Of a DNA stretch of 64,000 nt, positions 34,413-44,204 are shown one piece after another. The stretch covers positions 1,536,001 to 1,600,000 of the forward strand of contig JASGHJ010000002.1 in assembly GCA_047602405.1 (NCBI GenBank), read 5' to 3'. The DNA comes from Anaeromyxobacteraceae bacterium. GTDB lineage: Bacteria > Myxococcota > Myxococcia > Myxococcales > Anaeromyxobacteraceae. Both the position numbers and the translations under genes were made by a program. Below the pieces are notes generated by a model, which saw only the letters and a program-made list of their open reading frames with translations, was not told the DNA's origin and ran no database searches. The number at the start of each line of letters is the position of its first letter. The stretch's first letter is position 1.

Positions 34413-35114
34413 ATGGAGCTGCAGCGGGGCAGCGGGTTCGTGATCTGGCTCACCGGGATGAAGCGCGCGGGCAAGAGCACGCTCGCCGCGCTGCTCGCGA
34501 AGCGGCTCCTGGCCGCGGGCCACGAGGTGGAGCTGCTCGACGAGGACGGCGCCGCGTCGGTCCTCGTCGAGGGGCTCGGGATGTCGAAGGACGACCACGC
34601 GAAGGCGGTCGCCCGCATCGGCGTCGTGGCGAAGGCGGTCGCGAAGCTGGGCGGCGTGGCGGTCTGCGCCGCGCTCTCGCCCTACCGCGACGCGCGCGAC
34701 GGGCTGCGCCGCGAGGCGCGCCGGTTCTGCGAGGTGTTCGTCGACTGCGAGATGGAGGCGCTCCAGAAGCGCGATCCCGAGGGGCTCTACCGCCGCGCCC
34801 TCGCCGCGGAGATCACCCAGGTGCCGGGCGTGGACATCCCCTACGAGCCGCCCGGGCACCCGGAGGTCGTCGTCCGCTCCGACCAGGTGTCGCCGGAGGA
34901 GGGCGCCCAGCGCGTCTTCCAGGCGCTCGTGGACGCGCGGCTCATCGGCCCGACCGAGTTCGGCCGGCTGACCGGCGGGCTCCGCCCGAAGCGCGGCAAG
35001 CCCGCCGCGGCGAAGCCGGGCGCGAAGGGCGCCGGCGCGAAGCCCGCGACGAAGGGCGCGAAGAAGGCCGCGGCGAAGAAGCCCGCGAAGCCCGCGAAGG
35101 GCAAGCGCCGCTGA
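34413..35114 (+). CDS. Adenylyl-sulfate kinase-like protein with Lys/Ala/Pro-rich tail
   Basis: FVIWLTG..AGKST, SPYRDAR, EVFVDC, RDPEGLY and PGVDIPYEPP; TATACT -10 box at 34375. Confidence 0.85.
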   Translation: MELQRGSGFVIWLTGMKRAGKSTLAALLAKRLLAAGHEVELLDEDGAASVLVEGLGMSKDDHAKAVARIGVVAKAVAKLGGVAVCAALSPYRDARDGLRREARRFCEVFVDCEMEALQKRDPEGLYRRALAAEITQVPGVDIPYEPPGHPEVVVRSDQVSPEEGAQRVFQALVDARLIGPTEFGRLTGGLRPKRGKPAAAKPGAKGAGAKPATKGAKKAAAKKPAKPAKGKRR

Positions 35115-35176
35115 GCGCCGGAGGCCGCTCCCCGGTGCCCCTGGCGTCCCGTCCCGCGGGCGGGTAGATCACGGCC

Positions 35177-36037
35177 ATGACGGCAGGCCCCGAAGATCTC
35201 GAGGCGGTGCGCCGCGGCTCGGCGGACCGCCTCGCGCGCATGCGGTCCGCGCTGGCGGGCCTGGACGGCGCGCTCGTCGCCTTCTCCGGCGGCGTCGACT
35301 CGACCTTCGTGCTCGCGGTCGCCCGGGAGGTGCTCGGGGACCGCGCCGTGGCCCTGACCGCCCACTCGCCCTCCGTCCCCGCCGCGGAGCGCGAGGAGGC
35401 CCGCCGGCTCGCCGCCCGCCTCGGCGTGCGCCACCTCGAGCGCACGAGCCGCGAGGGCGACGACCCCCGCTACCGCGCGAACCCGGTCGACCGCTGCTAC
35501 TTCTGCAAGGACGAGCTCTACCGGCTCTGCGAGGGGGTGGCCCGCGAGGAGGGCCTCGCCGCGATCCTCGACGGCTTCAACGCCGACGATCACCGCGACC
35601 ACCGCCCGGGTCGGCGCGCCGGGCTCGAGCACGGCGTGCGCTCGCCGCTCTCCGAGGCGGGGCTCACGAAGCTCGAGGTGCGGGCCTGGAGCGCCGCCCT
35701 GGGCCTGCCGACCTGGGACAAGCCGCAGATGGCCTGCCTCGCCTCCCGCATCCCGTACGGCACCGAGGTCACCCCCGAGCGGCTCGCCCGCGTCGAGGCG
35801 GCCGAGGCGGCTCTGCGCGGGATGGGCTTCCACGATCTGAGGGTCCGCTACCACGGCGACCTCGGACGCGTGGAGCTCGGCGAGGCCGAGCTCGAGGAGG
35901 GCTTCCGGCGTCGCGGGGAGCTCGTGGCCGCGGTGAAGGGGGCCGGCTTCAAGCTCGCCGTGCTCGACCTCGAGCCCTTCCGGTCGGGCCGCATGAACGC
36001 GCTCGCCGGCGTCGCGCTCCCCGTGGTCGCGCCGTGA
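35177..36037 (+). CDS. larE: LarE-family ATP-dependent sulfur transferase
   Basis: AFSGGVDS PP-loop; NPVDRCYFCK, DHRPG, SPL and WDKP.MACLASRIPYG motifs. Confidence 0.9.
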   Translation: MTAGPEDLEAVRRGSADRLARMRSALAGLDGALVAFSGGVDSTFVLAVAREVLGDRAVALTAHSPSVPAAEREEARRLAARLGVRHLERTSREGDDPRYRANPVDRCYFCKDELYRLCEGVAREEGLAAILDGFNADDHRDHRPGRRAGLEHGVRSPLSEAGLTKLEVRAWSAALGLPTWDKPQMACLASRIPYGTEVTPERLARVEAAEAALRGMGFHDLRVRYHGDLGRVELGEAELEEGFRRRGELVAAVKGAGFKLAVLDLEPFRSGRMNALAGVALPVVAP

Positions 36038-36573
36038 GGCCCCGCGCCGGCTCGACCGCCGCGGCGGGCCTCGCGCTCGCGGCGGCGCTCGCGGCGGGCC
36101 GGACCGCCGCGCTCGAGCCGCGCTTCGATCACCGGGACCAGCAGGGGCCGACGCTCGAGCTCCAGTGGGCGAACGACGTGGTCGCCCCACCGCGGCGGGC
36201 CTCGGGCTCCGCCGCGGGGCCGGCGCTCCGCCTCGGCTGGGGGCTCGATCTCGCGGGGGAGGGGAACGAGCTCGTGGTGGGCCTGCGCGCGACGCTGCCC
36301 CGGCCCGACCCCCTCCGCGTCCACCTCAGGCTCGCGCTCGACGTGCGCTACCGGGCCTACTTCGGGACCGAGGAGCTGAAGACCTTCCTCGACGCCGGCA
36401 TCCTCGCCCCGGTGGCCTCGCGGCTCGCCGCCGGCCCGCTCCTCGGCCTCGGCGTGCAGTACGACCCGTCGCGCTCGGCGGGGCTGTTCCTCGGGGCGAT
36501 GGTCGCGACCGGCTTCGGAGAGGCCCGGGTGACCAGCGTGGGCCTGGCGGGCGGAGCCCAGCTCAGGTTCTGA
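36034..36573 (+). CDS. Putative small outer-membrane beta-barrel protein
   Basis: Signal peptide, alternating beta-strand pattern, C-terminal QLRF. Confidence 0.65.
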   Translation: MRPRAGSTAAAGLALAAALAAGRTAALEPRFDHRDQQGPTLELQWANDVVAPPRRASGSAAGPALRLGWGLDLAGEGNELVVGLRATLPRPDPLRVHLRLALDVRYRAYFGTEELKTFLDAGILAPVASRLAAGPLLGLGVQYDPSRSAGLFLGAMVATGFGEARVTSVGLAGGAQLRF

Positions 36574-36725
36574 GGCGGCGTCCCTGATGGGGCTCCCGGG
36601 GTGCCCGGCAATCAAAACCCTGAGTTGTGTCGGTCGGTTCCGTCCGATTTCGGCCGTTTTCTTGAGTGTTCGCTTCCGGGTGGTAGCGTGTAGGCAAACG
36701 TAACCACATGTCATCCGGAGCCTAC

Positions 36726-36950
36726 ATGACCTCACCTTTCCAGATGTCCGAGACCACCGCCGCCCCCGCCGACCTGAACCCGTCCCACCGGCTCGAGCCG
36801 ATGCTCGTCCGCCTGCCGCCGGCGCTCGCGACCCAGCTCCGGACGCTCGCCCGCAAGACCCGGGTCCGCCAGTCGGACTACCTCCGCGAGGCGGTCGCCG
36901 ACCTGCTCGCCAAGTACGGGCACCTGCCGGACGGCCGGGAGTCGATGTGA
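36726..36950 (+). CDS. Ribbon-helix-helix DNA-binding protein (CdbA/CdbB-like)
   Basis: MLVRLP..L..LARKTRVRQSDYLREAVADLLAKY; GGAG ribosome-binding site; TTGAGT-16-TAGCGT upstream. Confidence 0.82.
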   Translation: MTSPFQMSETTAAPADLNPSHRLEPMLVRLPPALATQLRTLARKTRVRQSDYLREAVADLLAKYGHLPDGRESM

Positions 36951-37055
36951 CCTCGTCGGTCTCCCGGAAGGCGCCGGCGCCTCCGGTGCCGCCCCGGATC
37001 GCCCTCGCGCGCATCCGCCTCGCGCGCCTGGCGCTGCCGCGCGGGGCGGGCGGGT

Positions 37056-37850
37056 TCATCGGCCTTCCCGTCCCTCCGGTCCCCGTCCGGCCGGGTACGT
37101 CACCCCGGCCAGCGTGAGCCCCCAGCCCGGAGCGCGCACCCCGCGGTAGCGCGCCCGGGCGCGGAGGAGCTCCGCGAGGGCGTCGGGCTCGAGGACGCCG
37201 ACGCCCGCCGCGACCGCGGTCCCCACGAGGTGCCTGATCATCGCGCGCAGGAAGCCGCGCCCCTCGAAGACGAGGGCGTGGAGCGGCGCCCAGTCCGCGG
37301 TGAGTACGTCCGCCCGGGTCACCGTCCGCACCGTGCCCTTCTGCTCGCCCGGCCGGGCGAAGCCCGTGAAGTCGTGCGTGCCGACGGCGTGCGCGAGCGC
37401 CGCCCGGATGCGCGCGGGATCCGGCGCGCGGTCGACGCCCGGGAAGGCGCGCGGATCGGGGAGGCTCCACGCGTACGGACGGAGCGGCTCCGGGACGGGT
37501 GCGCCCACGAGGTACACGTAGGTCCGCGAGGTGGCCGACGCGCGCGCGTGGAAGCCGTCCGGGGCACGCCAGGCGTCGAGGCAGAGGATGCCCTCGGGCA
37601 GGGCGGCGTTCAGCGCGGCCCGCAGGGCGCCGGGCTCGAGGCCGGCGCGGGCGGCGAAGCTCACGACCTGTCCCAGCGCGTGCACCCCCGCGTCGGTGCG
37701 GCCCGCCACGGCGAGCGGGGCCCGCACCCCCGCGGTCGCGAGGGCGGCCTCGACCGCGTCCTGCACCGTGGGGAGCCCGGGCTGGTGCTGGAACCCGCGG
37801 AACCGGCCGCCATCGTAGAGGAGCCGGAGAGCGTAGAAGCGCCGTTCCAC
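37056..37850 (-). CDS. truA: tRNA pseudouridine(38-40) synthase
   Basis: YDG..FRGFQ, AGRTDAGVHA, FHAR, HDFTGF and FLRAMIR motifs. Confidence 0.93.
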   Translation of the reverse strand: MERRFYALRLLYDGGRFRGFQHQPGLPTVQDAVEAALATAGVRAPLAVAGRTDAGVHALGQVVSFAARAGLEPGALRAALNAALPEGILCLDAWRAPDGFHARASATSRTYVYLVGAPVPEPLRPYAWSLPDPRAFPGVDRAPDPARIRAALAHAVGTHDFTGFARPGEQKGTVRTVTRADVLTADWAPLHALVFEGRGFLRAMIRHLVGTAVAAGVGVLEPDALAELLRARARYRGVRAPGWGLTLAGVTYPAGRGPEGREGR

Positions 37851-37880
37851 GTCTGCTAGGCTCGCACGCCTCCCGACCTC

Positions 37881-38810
37881 ATGGCTCCAGGAAACGACGC
37901 CGATCTCGACGACCCGAAGCTCGCCGGCGGCGAGTCGGCTCTTCCGCAAGGGCGGGGAGGTCTACGGCCCCGTGGACGGCCGCCGCGTCGCCGAGCTCCT
38001 CTACGCCGGCGAGCTCGACGCCGGCACCCCGGTCTCGAAGGACGACGGGGAGCGCTGGGCGCTCGTCTCGGAGGTGCCCGCGTTCGTCGTCCACGCGAAG
38101 AAGGCCCGGAAGAAGCTCGAGGAATCGAGCGGGAGATCACGAGCGCCCGCGCGCTCGCGGAGCGCCGCGGGCGGCTCCGCCTGGCGGTGCTGGGCGCGGT
38201 CGGGCTCGTGGCGGTCGCGGGCGCCGGGGTCGGCGCGTGGGTCGTGACGCGGCCGAGCACGGGCTCGGCGCTCCTCGAGGACTTCGGGGAAGGCCTCCGG
38301 ATCGTGTCGGCCGCGAGGGTCGGCGTCTCGCGGCGCGCGGCGGCCGCCGGCGACGAGGTCGAGGTCGCGCTCGAGCCCCTCCCGGTGAACGGCGCCCAGC
38401 CCGGCGCCCGGGCCGCGCGCCGGGACCGGCCGTCCCAGGGCGCGGACGCCGGCGCCACGGCCCGTCCGCCCGCCGGCCGCCCGGCGGCGGGCACGGCCCA
38501 GGGCGAGGACCTCGTGCTCGAGGCCCGCTTCGACGCCTCCGCAATCCAGGCAGGGGTCGCGCGCCAGCAGCGCACGCTCGTGCCGTGCTTCCGGGAGCAG
38601 GCCGCCCGCGATCCGGAGTACCGTGGCCAGGTGCCGCTCGAGTTCACCATCGGTAACGACGGCCGGATCGCCGCGCTCTGGATCGACGAGCCGCGCTTCC
38701 GCACCGGGCCGCTCAGGGACTGCGTGCAGAAGGCGCTCGCGGGCTGGAGGTTCGACCCGTTCCCCGGGCAGCGCCCGACCGTGCAGCTCGCCTTCGGGGT
38801 GGGCGGGTGA
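37881..38810 (+). CDS. GYF-like / TM / AgmX-PglI (TonB-C-like) protein (compensating frameshifts at ~37936 and ~38123)
   Basis: The shifted frame reads WLFRKGGEVYGPV...W..VSEVPAF; TM helix; C-terminal LVPCF..FTIGNDGRI..DCV..WRF. Confidence 0.78.
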   Translation: MAPGNDADLDDPKLAGGESALPQGRGGLRPRGRPPRRRAPLRRRARRRHPGLEGRRGALGARLGGARVRRPREEGPEEARGIEREITSARALAERRGRLRLAVLGAVGLVAVAGAGVGAWVVTRPSTGSALLEDFGEGLRIVSAARVGVSRRAAAAGDEVEVALEPLPVNGAQPGARAARRDRPSQGADAGATARPPAGRPAAGTAQGEDLVLEARFDASAIQAGVARQQRTLVPCFREQAARDPEYRGQVPLEFTIGNDGRIAALWIDEPRFRTGPLRDCVQKALAGWRFDPFPGQRPTVQLAFGVGG

Positions 38811-39433
38811 CCGGCACCGCCGAGAAGCTCGCCACCCGCGCGGAGCAGCTCCCGGAGGGCTCGCTCCGGCGCCGCGCGCTCGAAGGGGCGAGGGGCTTCA
38901 AGGCCGCGTGGGTCGAGTTCGGGCGGCTCCTCTCCGAGGTGAAGCGCCGGGGCGTCTGGCGGGAGTGGGGCCACGCGAGCTTCGAGCAGTACTGCGCGAA
39001 GGAGCTCTTCATCCGCCGCCAGACCGCCGAGAAGCTGACCGCGAGCTTCGGGTTCCTCGAGCGCCACGAGCCGGCGCTCGTGCGCGAGAGGCCGGACGGG
39101 GAGCACCGCGCGCCCGCGTTCGAGGTCGTCGAGGTGCTCTCGCGCGCCGAGGCGGCGGGGCGGCTCAGCGGCTCCGACTGGAAGGACCTGCGCGAGGAGG
39201 TCCTCGAGCAGCCGATGACGCCCGCCGCGCTCGGGAAGCGCCTCTCCGAGAAGCTCGGGCCGCCGCCGCCGCCACCGCGCCCTGCGAAGGGCGAGCGGCT
39301 CGGGCGCCTGGCCGCCGCGGCGCGGCGTCTCGCCGGGGCCTGCGCGGACGAGGATGGGGTGCCGCGGTCCTTGAAGGAGCGTGCCGCGGCGCTCGCGAGG
39401 GAGCTCGCGGCCCTGGCGGGCGACGACGGCTGA
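38807..39433 (+). CDS. Conserved hypothetical protein, possible HTH DNA-binding
   Basis: WVEFGRLL.EVK...WREWGHASFEQYC.KEL.IRRQTAEKL. Confidence 0.72.
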   Translation: MTGTAEKLATRAEQLPEGSLRRRALEGARGFKAAWVEFGRLLSEVKRRGVWREWGHASFEQYCAKELFIRRQTAEKLTASFGFLERHEPALVRERPDGEHRAPAFEVVEVLSRAEAAGRLSGSDWKDLREEVLEQPMTPAALGKRLSEKLGPPPPPPRPAKGERLGRLAAAARRLAGACADEDGVPRSLKERAAALARELAALAGDDG

Positions 39434-39540
39434 GACGCGCTCGCGGAACCCCGCGGCGTCCCACGTCCGGGCGGCACCCGCCGGTACCCGTGGTCCGTCC
39501 AGGCCGGGCGCGGCGCGTTTCCGGGTCGCTCCGGCGGCGC

Positions 39541-39582
39541 CCCGCCCCCCGGGAGCGAAGCTCCAGGGGGCCCCACCCCGGG
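39541..39582. repeat. REP-like hairpin element
   Basis: CCCGCCCCCC-GGAGC..GCTCC-GGGGCCCCACCCC, similar to the copies at 331 and 18524. Confidence 0.5.
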
Positions 39583-39724
39583 CGGCAGGACGAGGGGAAG
39601 CAGCGGAGCCGGGCCCTGGCTATATTCCGGGCGACGCCTCGAATTCCGGGGCTGTGGGGTTTGGTGGTAGCATCCCGTGTCGTCGGTCAGTCTGCCTGAT
39701 CCGCTTCGGTCGAGGTCGCAACGC

Positions 39725-41014
<1,290 letters not shown>

Positions 41015-41041
41015 CCCATCGCCGTCGCCACGCGATGCAGC

Positions 41042-41078
41042 ACCATGCCGTCGCGCCAGCGACGGCATGGTCGTTTCT
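41042..41078 (+). terminator. Hairpin terminator after clpX
   Basis: ACCATGCCGTCGC/GCGACGGCATGGT perfect 13-bp stem followed by CGTTTCT. Confidence 0.7.
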
Positions 41079-41166
41079 GGGCCCCGCCGGTGAAGCCAGG
41101 CCACAGTGTGCCGGCGCCGCGTCTCGCCCCCACCAGAAATCTCCCCTGATCAGAACGCCTTGGCTT

Positions 41167-41182
41167 CGGCATCCCCCTTGCT
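41167..41182 (+). promoter_or_regulatory. Sigma54 (-24/-12) promoter
   Basis: CGGCATCCCCCTTGCT with GG-N10-GC spacing. Confidence 0.65.
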
Positions 41183-41238
41183 ATGAACAGGGGAGGGTGC
41201 CGTGCCGTCTCCACGAGGCACGCCCCGGGAGACACGCC

Positions 41239-42411
41239 ATGAAGACCCGCCTCGCCTCGAGCCTCGCCGTCGCCGCCCTGCTCGCCCTGCCGCTCGCCGG
41301 CCGGGCGCAGGAGCGCGAGTGGGAGGAGGACTACTCGAACGGCTGGAGCGACGACGGCTCCGAGCCGGTCGACGTCCAGGTCGACGCCGACAACACCCCG
41401 ACCGCGACGCTCGACCAGAGCTTCGACTCGGGCCTGCAGCCGTACGGCTCCTGGGTGACGGTCTCGAGCTACGGCCGCGTGTGGCGGCCGCAGGTCTCCG
41501 CCGGTTGGCGCCCGTACTACTACGGCCGCTGGGAGTGGACCAACGAAGGCTGGCTGTGGGTCTCCGACGAGCCCTTCGGCTGGGCGACCTACCACTACGG
41601 CCGCTGGTCCTTCGAGCCGAGCTACGGCTGGGTCTGGGTGCCGGGCTACCAGTGGGCGCCCGCGTGGGTGAGCTGGCGGACGAGCGGGGACGTGATCGGC
41701 TGGTCGCCGCTCTCCCCGGGCTTCTCGCTCTACCTGACGAGCTACCCGTTCGTCGACTTCTACTGGACGTTCATGCCGTGCAACGCGTTCGTCTCGTACC
41801 CCGTCTACCGGTACGCCTACCCGCACGACCGCGCGCGCGACTACTTCTACCGCACGGCGCCGGCCCCGGCCCGCAACGCCCCGCGCGCCGGGCCGACGCC
41901 GAACCGCGGCGCGCCGGTGCCGGCCTGGGGTGGCCCCTCGCCGCGCCTCGTCGAGGACCGCACCGGCCGCCGGGTGAGCCCGGTGCGCGTCGTGTCCGGG
42001 CCGACGCCCGGCTCGGCCTCGCGGCCGGGCGAGGTCTCGATCTACCGGCCGGGCCGCCCCGTGCGCGAGGGCCGGGACGCCTACCGCGGCCCGGTGCCGT
42101 CGCGCGGCAGCCGCGACGTCGGCCCGTGGACGCAGTCGCCGGTCCGTGACGGCGGCAGCGGCTGGTCGCCTCCGCGGCCGGCCGATCGCGGCGTCGTCGA
42201 CCGCGGCTCGCGCGGCGGCCACGCGCCGCAGCCGGGGCCCCGCATGCAGCCGGCCCCGCAGCCCCAGCCGCGCATGCAGGCGCCGCAGCCGCAGCCCCGG
42301 ATGCGCGACTTCCCGCAGCCCATCCACGAGTCCGGCCGCTCGCCGTCGCACGGCGGCTGGACGACGCCCTCCCGGACCCTCGGCGCCCCGCGCGGCGCCC
42401 GCGGGCGGTGA
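41239..42411 (+). CDS. Exported DUF6600-like Trp/Tyr-rich protein with low-complexity tail (true end may be 42523)
   Basis: Signal peptide; LQPYGSW, GWRPYYYGRW, EPFGWATYHYGRW and WVPGYQWAPAWV. Confidence 0.8.
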   Translation: MKTRLASSLAVAALLALPLAGRAQEREWEEDYSNGWSDDGSEPVDVQVDADNTPTATLDQSFDSGLQPYGSWVTVSSYGRVWRPQVSAGWRPYYYGRWEWTNEGWLWVSDEPFGWATYHYGRWSFEPSYGWVWVPGYQWAPAWVSWRTSGDVIGWSPLSPGFSLYLTSYPFVDFYWTFMPCNAFVSYPVYRYAYPHDRARDYFYRTAPAPARNAPRAGPTPNRGAPVPAWGGPSPRLVEDRTGRRVSPVRVVSGPTPGSASRPGEVSIYRPGRPVREGRDAYRGPVPSRGSRDVGPWTQSPVRDGGSGWSPPRPADRGVVDRGSRGGHAPQPGPRMQPAPQPQPRMQAPQPQPRMRDFPQPIHESGRSPSHGGWTTPSRTLGAPRGARGR

Positions 42412-42561
42412 GCGCGGCGGCGGCCACTCCGCGCCGGCCCCGCAGCCGAACCGCGGCGGCGGCGAGTCGCGCGGGAGCTCCGGCGGCGGAGGCGGCGGGC
42501 GCGGCCACGACCGCGGGCGTTAGCGGATGAGAAGGCTTCCGGGGCGCTTCGCGCCCCGGAG

Positions 42562-44088
42562 CTATTCGCCGCCGACCTTCACCGTCGTCTTCATCTGGCG
42601 CCCGGTGTCGAGGTCGCGGGCGCTCATGGTGAGGATGCCCTCGACGTTGACCTCGAAGAGGATCTCGAGGCGCACGGTGCCGGCGCGCGAGGGGCGCACC
42701 CCGCTGAACGTGAACTCGCCCAGGAGCTCGTTCTGCGCCGTGTGCGGGCTGTCGCCCTGGAAGATGCGCAGCACGAGCGCGTCCTGGCCGTCGATGGAGT
42801 TCGTGCCCTCGATGGCCTTCGCGTTCGGGATGGGGGCGTTGCGCGGGAAGACCACGTGCATCCCGCCGCCGGCCTGCTCGATCCCGATCGCCATGGGGAT
42901 GACGTCGAGGAGCTGGAGCTTCAGGTCCGAGTTCTCCTGGAGCGACCACGCGTAGAGCGCGGCGCCGATCGCGACGGCCTCGTCGGGGTGCACGCCCTTC
43001 GACGGGGGCTTGCCGAAGTACCTCGTGAGGCGCTCCTGGATGATCGGCATCCGCGTCTGCCCGCCGACCAGCATCACCTCGTCGATGTCCTTCGCCGTGA
43101 CGCCGGCGTCGACCATGACCGCGCCCATGATCTTGAGCGTCCGCTCCACGAGGTGGTTCGTCAGGGCCTCGAGGAGCTTGCGGTCGAACCTCACGTCCAT
43201 GTTCAGGGGCTGGCCCTGCGGCGTCATCGTGATGAAGGGGATCGAGAAGGGCGCCTCGGTCCGGCCGGACAGGTCGATCTTGGTCCGCTCCGCGAGGTCC
43301 TTGATCCGCTGCATGGCGACGGGGTCGCCGGACAGGTCGATGCCGTGCTTCTTCCTGAAGTCCTCGAGGACGTGCTGGATCATCGCGGCGTCGAAGTCGA
43401 TGCCGCCGAGGAAGATGTCGCCGCCGGTGGCCTTCACCTCGAAGACCCGGTCGCGGATCTCGATGATCGACACGTCGAAGGTCCCGCCGCCGAGGTCGTA
43501 CACGAGCACGCGCTCGTCGAGCTTGCGGCCGATGCCGTACGCGAGCGAGGCGGCGGTGGGCTCGTTGATGATCCGCACCACCTCGAGGCCGACGAGCCGC
43601 CCGGCCTCCTTCACCGCCTGACGCTGGCGGTCGTTGAAGTAGGCGGGGACGGTCACGACCGCCCGCTCGACCGCGAACCCGAGGTGCTGGGAGGCGACGT
43701 CCCGGATCTTGTTCAGGATGCGGGCCGAGATCTCCGGCACGTGGAAGGCGCGCCCGTGGCAGTCGAGCTCGACGTCGTTCTCGGTCCCCGGGTGGACCCG
43801 GTACTGCACCGTCTTCTGGACGTGCTCGACGATCTCGTCCTTCGGCGCGCGGCCGATGAGGCGCTTCGTCGCGTACAGGGTGTTCCGGGGGTTGAGCTGC
43901 CACTGGCGCTTGGCCTCGTGGCCGATGAGCTCGTTGCCCTTGTCGTCGATGGCGAAGATGGAGGGGATGGTGAAGTCGCCGCCCTTGTAGGGGATCAGCT
44001 TCACCTGCCCGTCGCCCTCCGCCACCGCGCAGCAGGAGTTCGTGGTGCCGAGGTCGATTCCGATGATGGTTTCGCGCGACGACGCCAT
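42562..44088 (-). CDS. Lid-less Hsp70/DnaK-family protein
   Basis: GIDLGTTNS, TVPAYFND, INEPTAA, DLGGGTFD and LLDVIP; 508 aa. Confidence 0.93.
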   Translation of the reverse strand: MASSRETIIGIDLGTTNSCCAVAEGDGQVKLIPYKGGDFTIPSIFAIDDKGNELIGHEAKRQWQLNPRNTLYATKRLIGRAPKDEIVEHVQKTVQYRVHPGTENDVELDCHGRAFHVPEISARILNKIRDVASQHLGFAVERAVVTVPAYFNDRQRQAVKEAGRLVGLEVVRIINEPTAASLAYGIGRKLDERVLVYDLGGGTFDVSIIEIRDRVFEVKATGGDIFLGGIDFDAAMIQHVLEDFRKKHGIDLSGDPVAMQRIKDLAERTKIDLSGRTEAPFSIPFITMTPQGQPLNMDVRFDRKLLEALTNHLVERTLKIMGAVMVDAGVTAKDIDEVMLVGGQTRMPIIQERLTRYFGKPPSKGVHPDEAVAIGAALYAWSLQENSDLKLQLLDVIPMAIGIEQAGGGMHVVFPRNAPIPNAKAIEGTNSIDGQDALVLRIFQGDSPHTAQNELLGEFTFSGVRPSRAGTVRLEILFEVNVEGILTMSARDLDTGRQMKTTVKVGGE

Positions 44089-44204
44089 GGATCCGGGCAG
44101 CGTACTACGAGGGCGGCCGCGGCGTGCACTCGGAACCGGGGGGGTGCCTTCTCGGCCGGGCCGCCCCGTGAGACGCTTTCGCCCGGAGGTCGGCGGTGAC
44201 GTCC

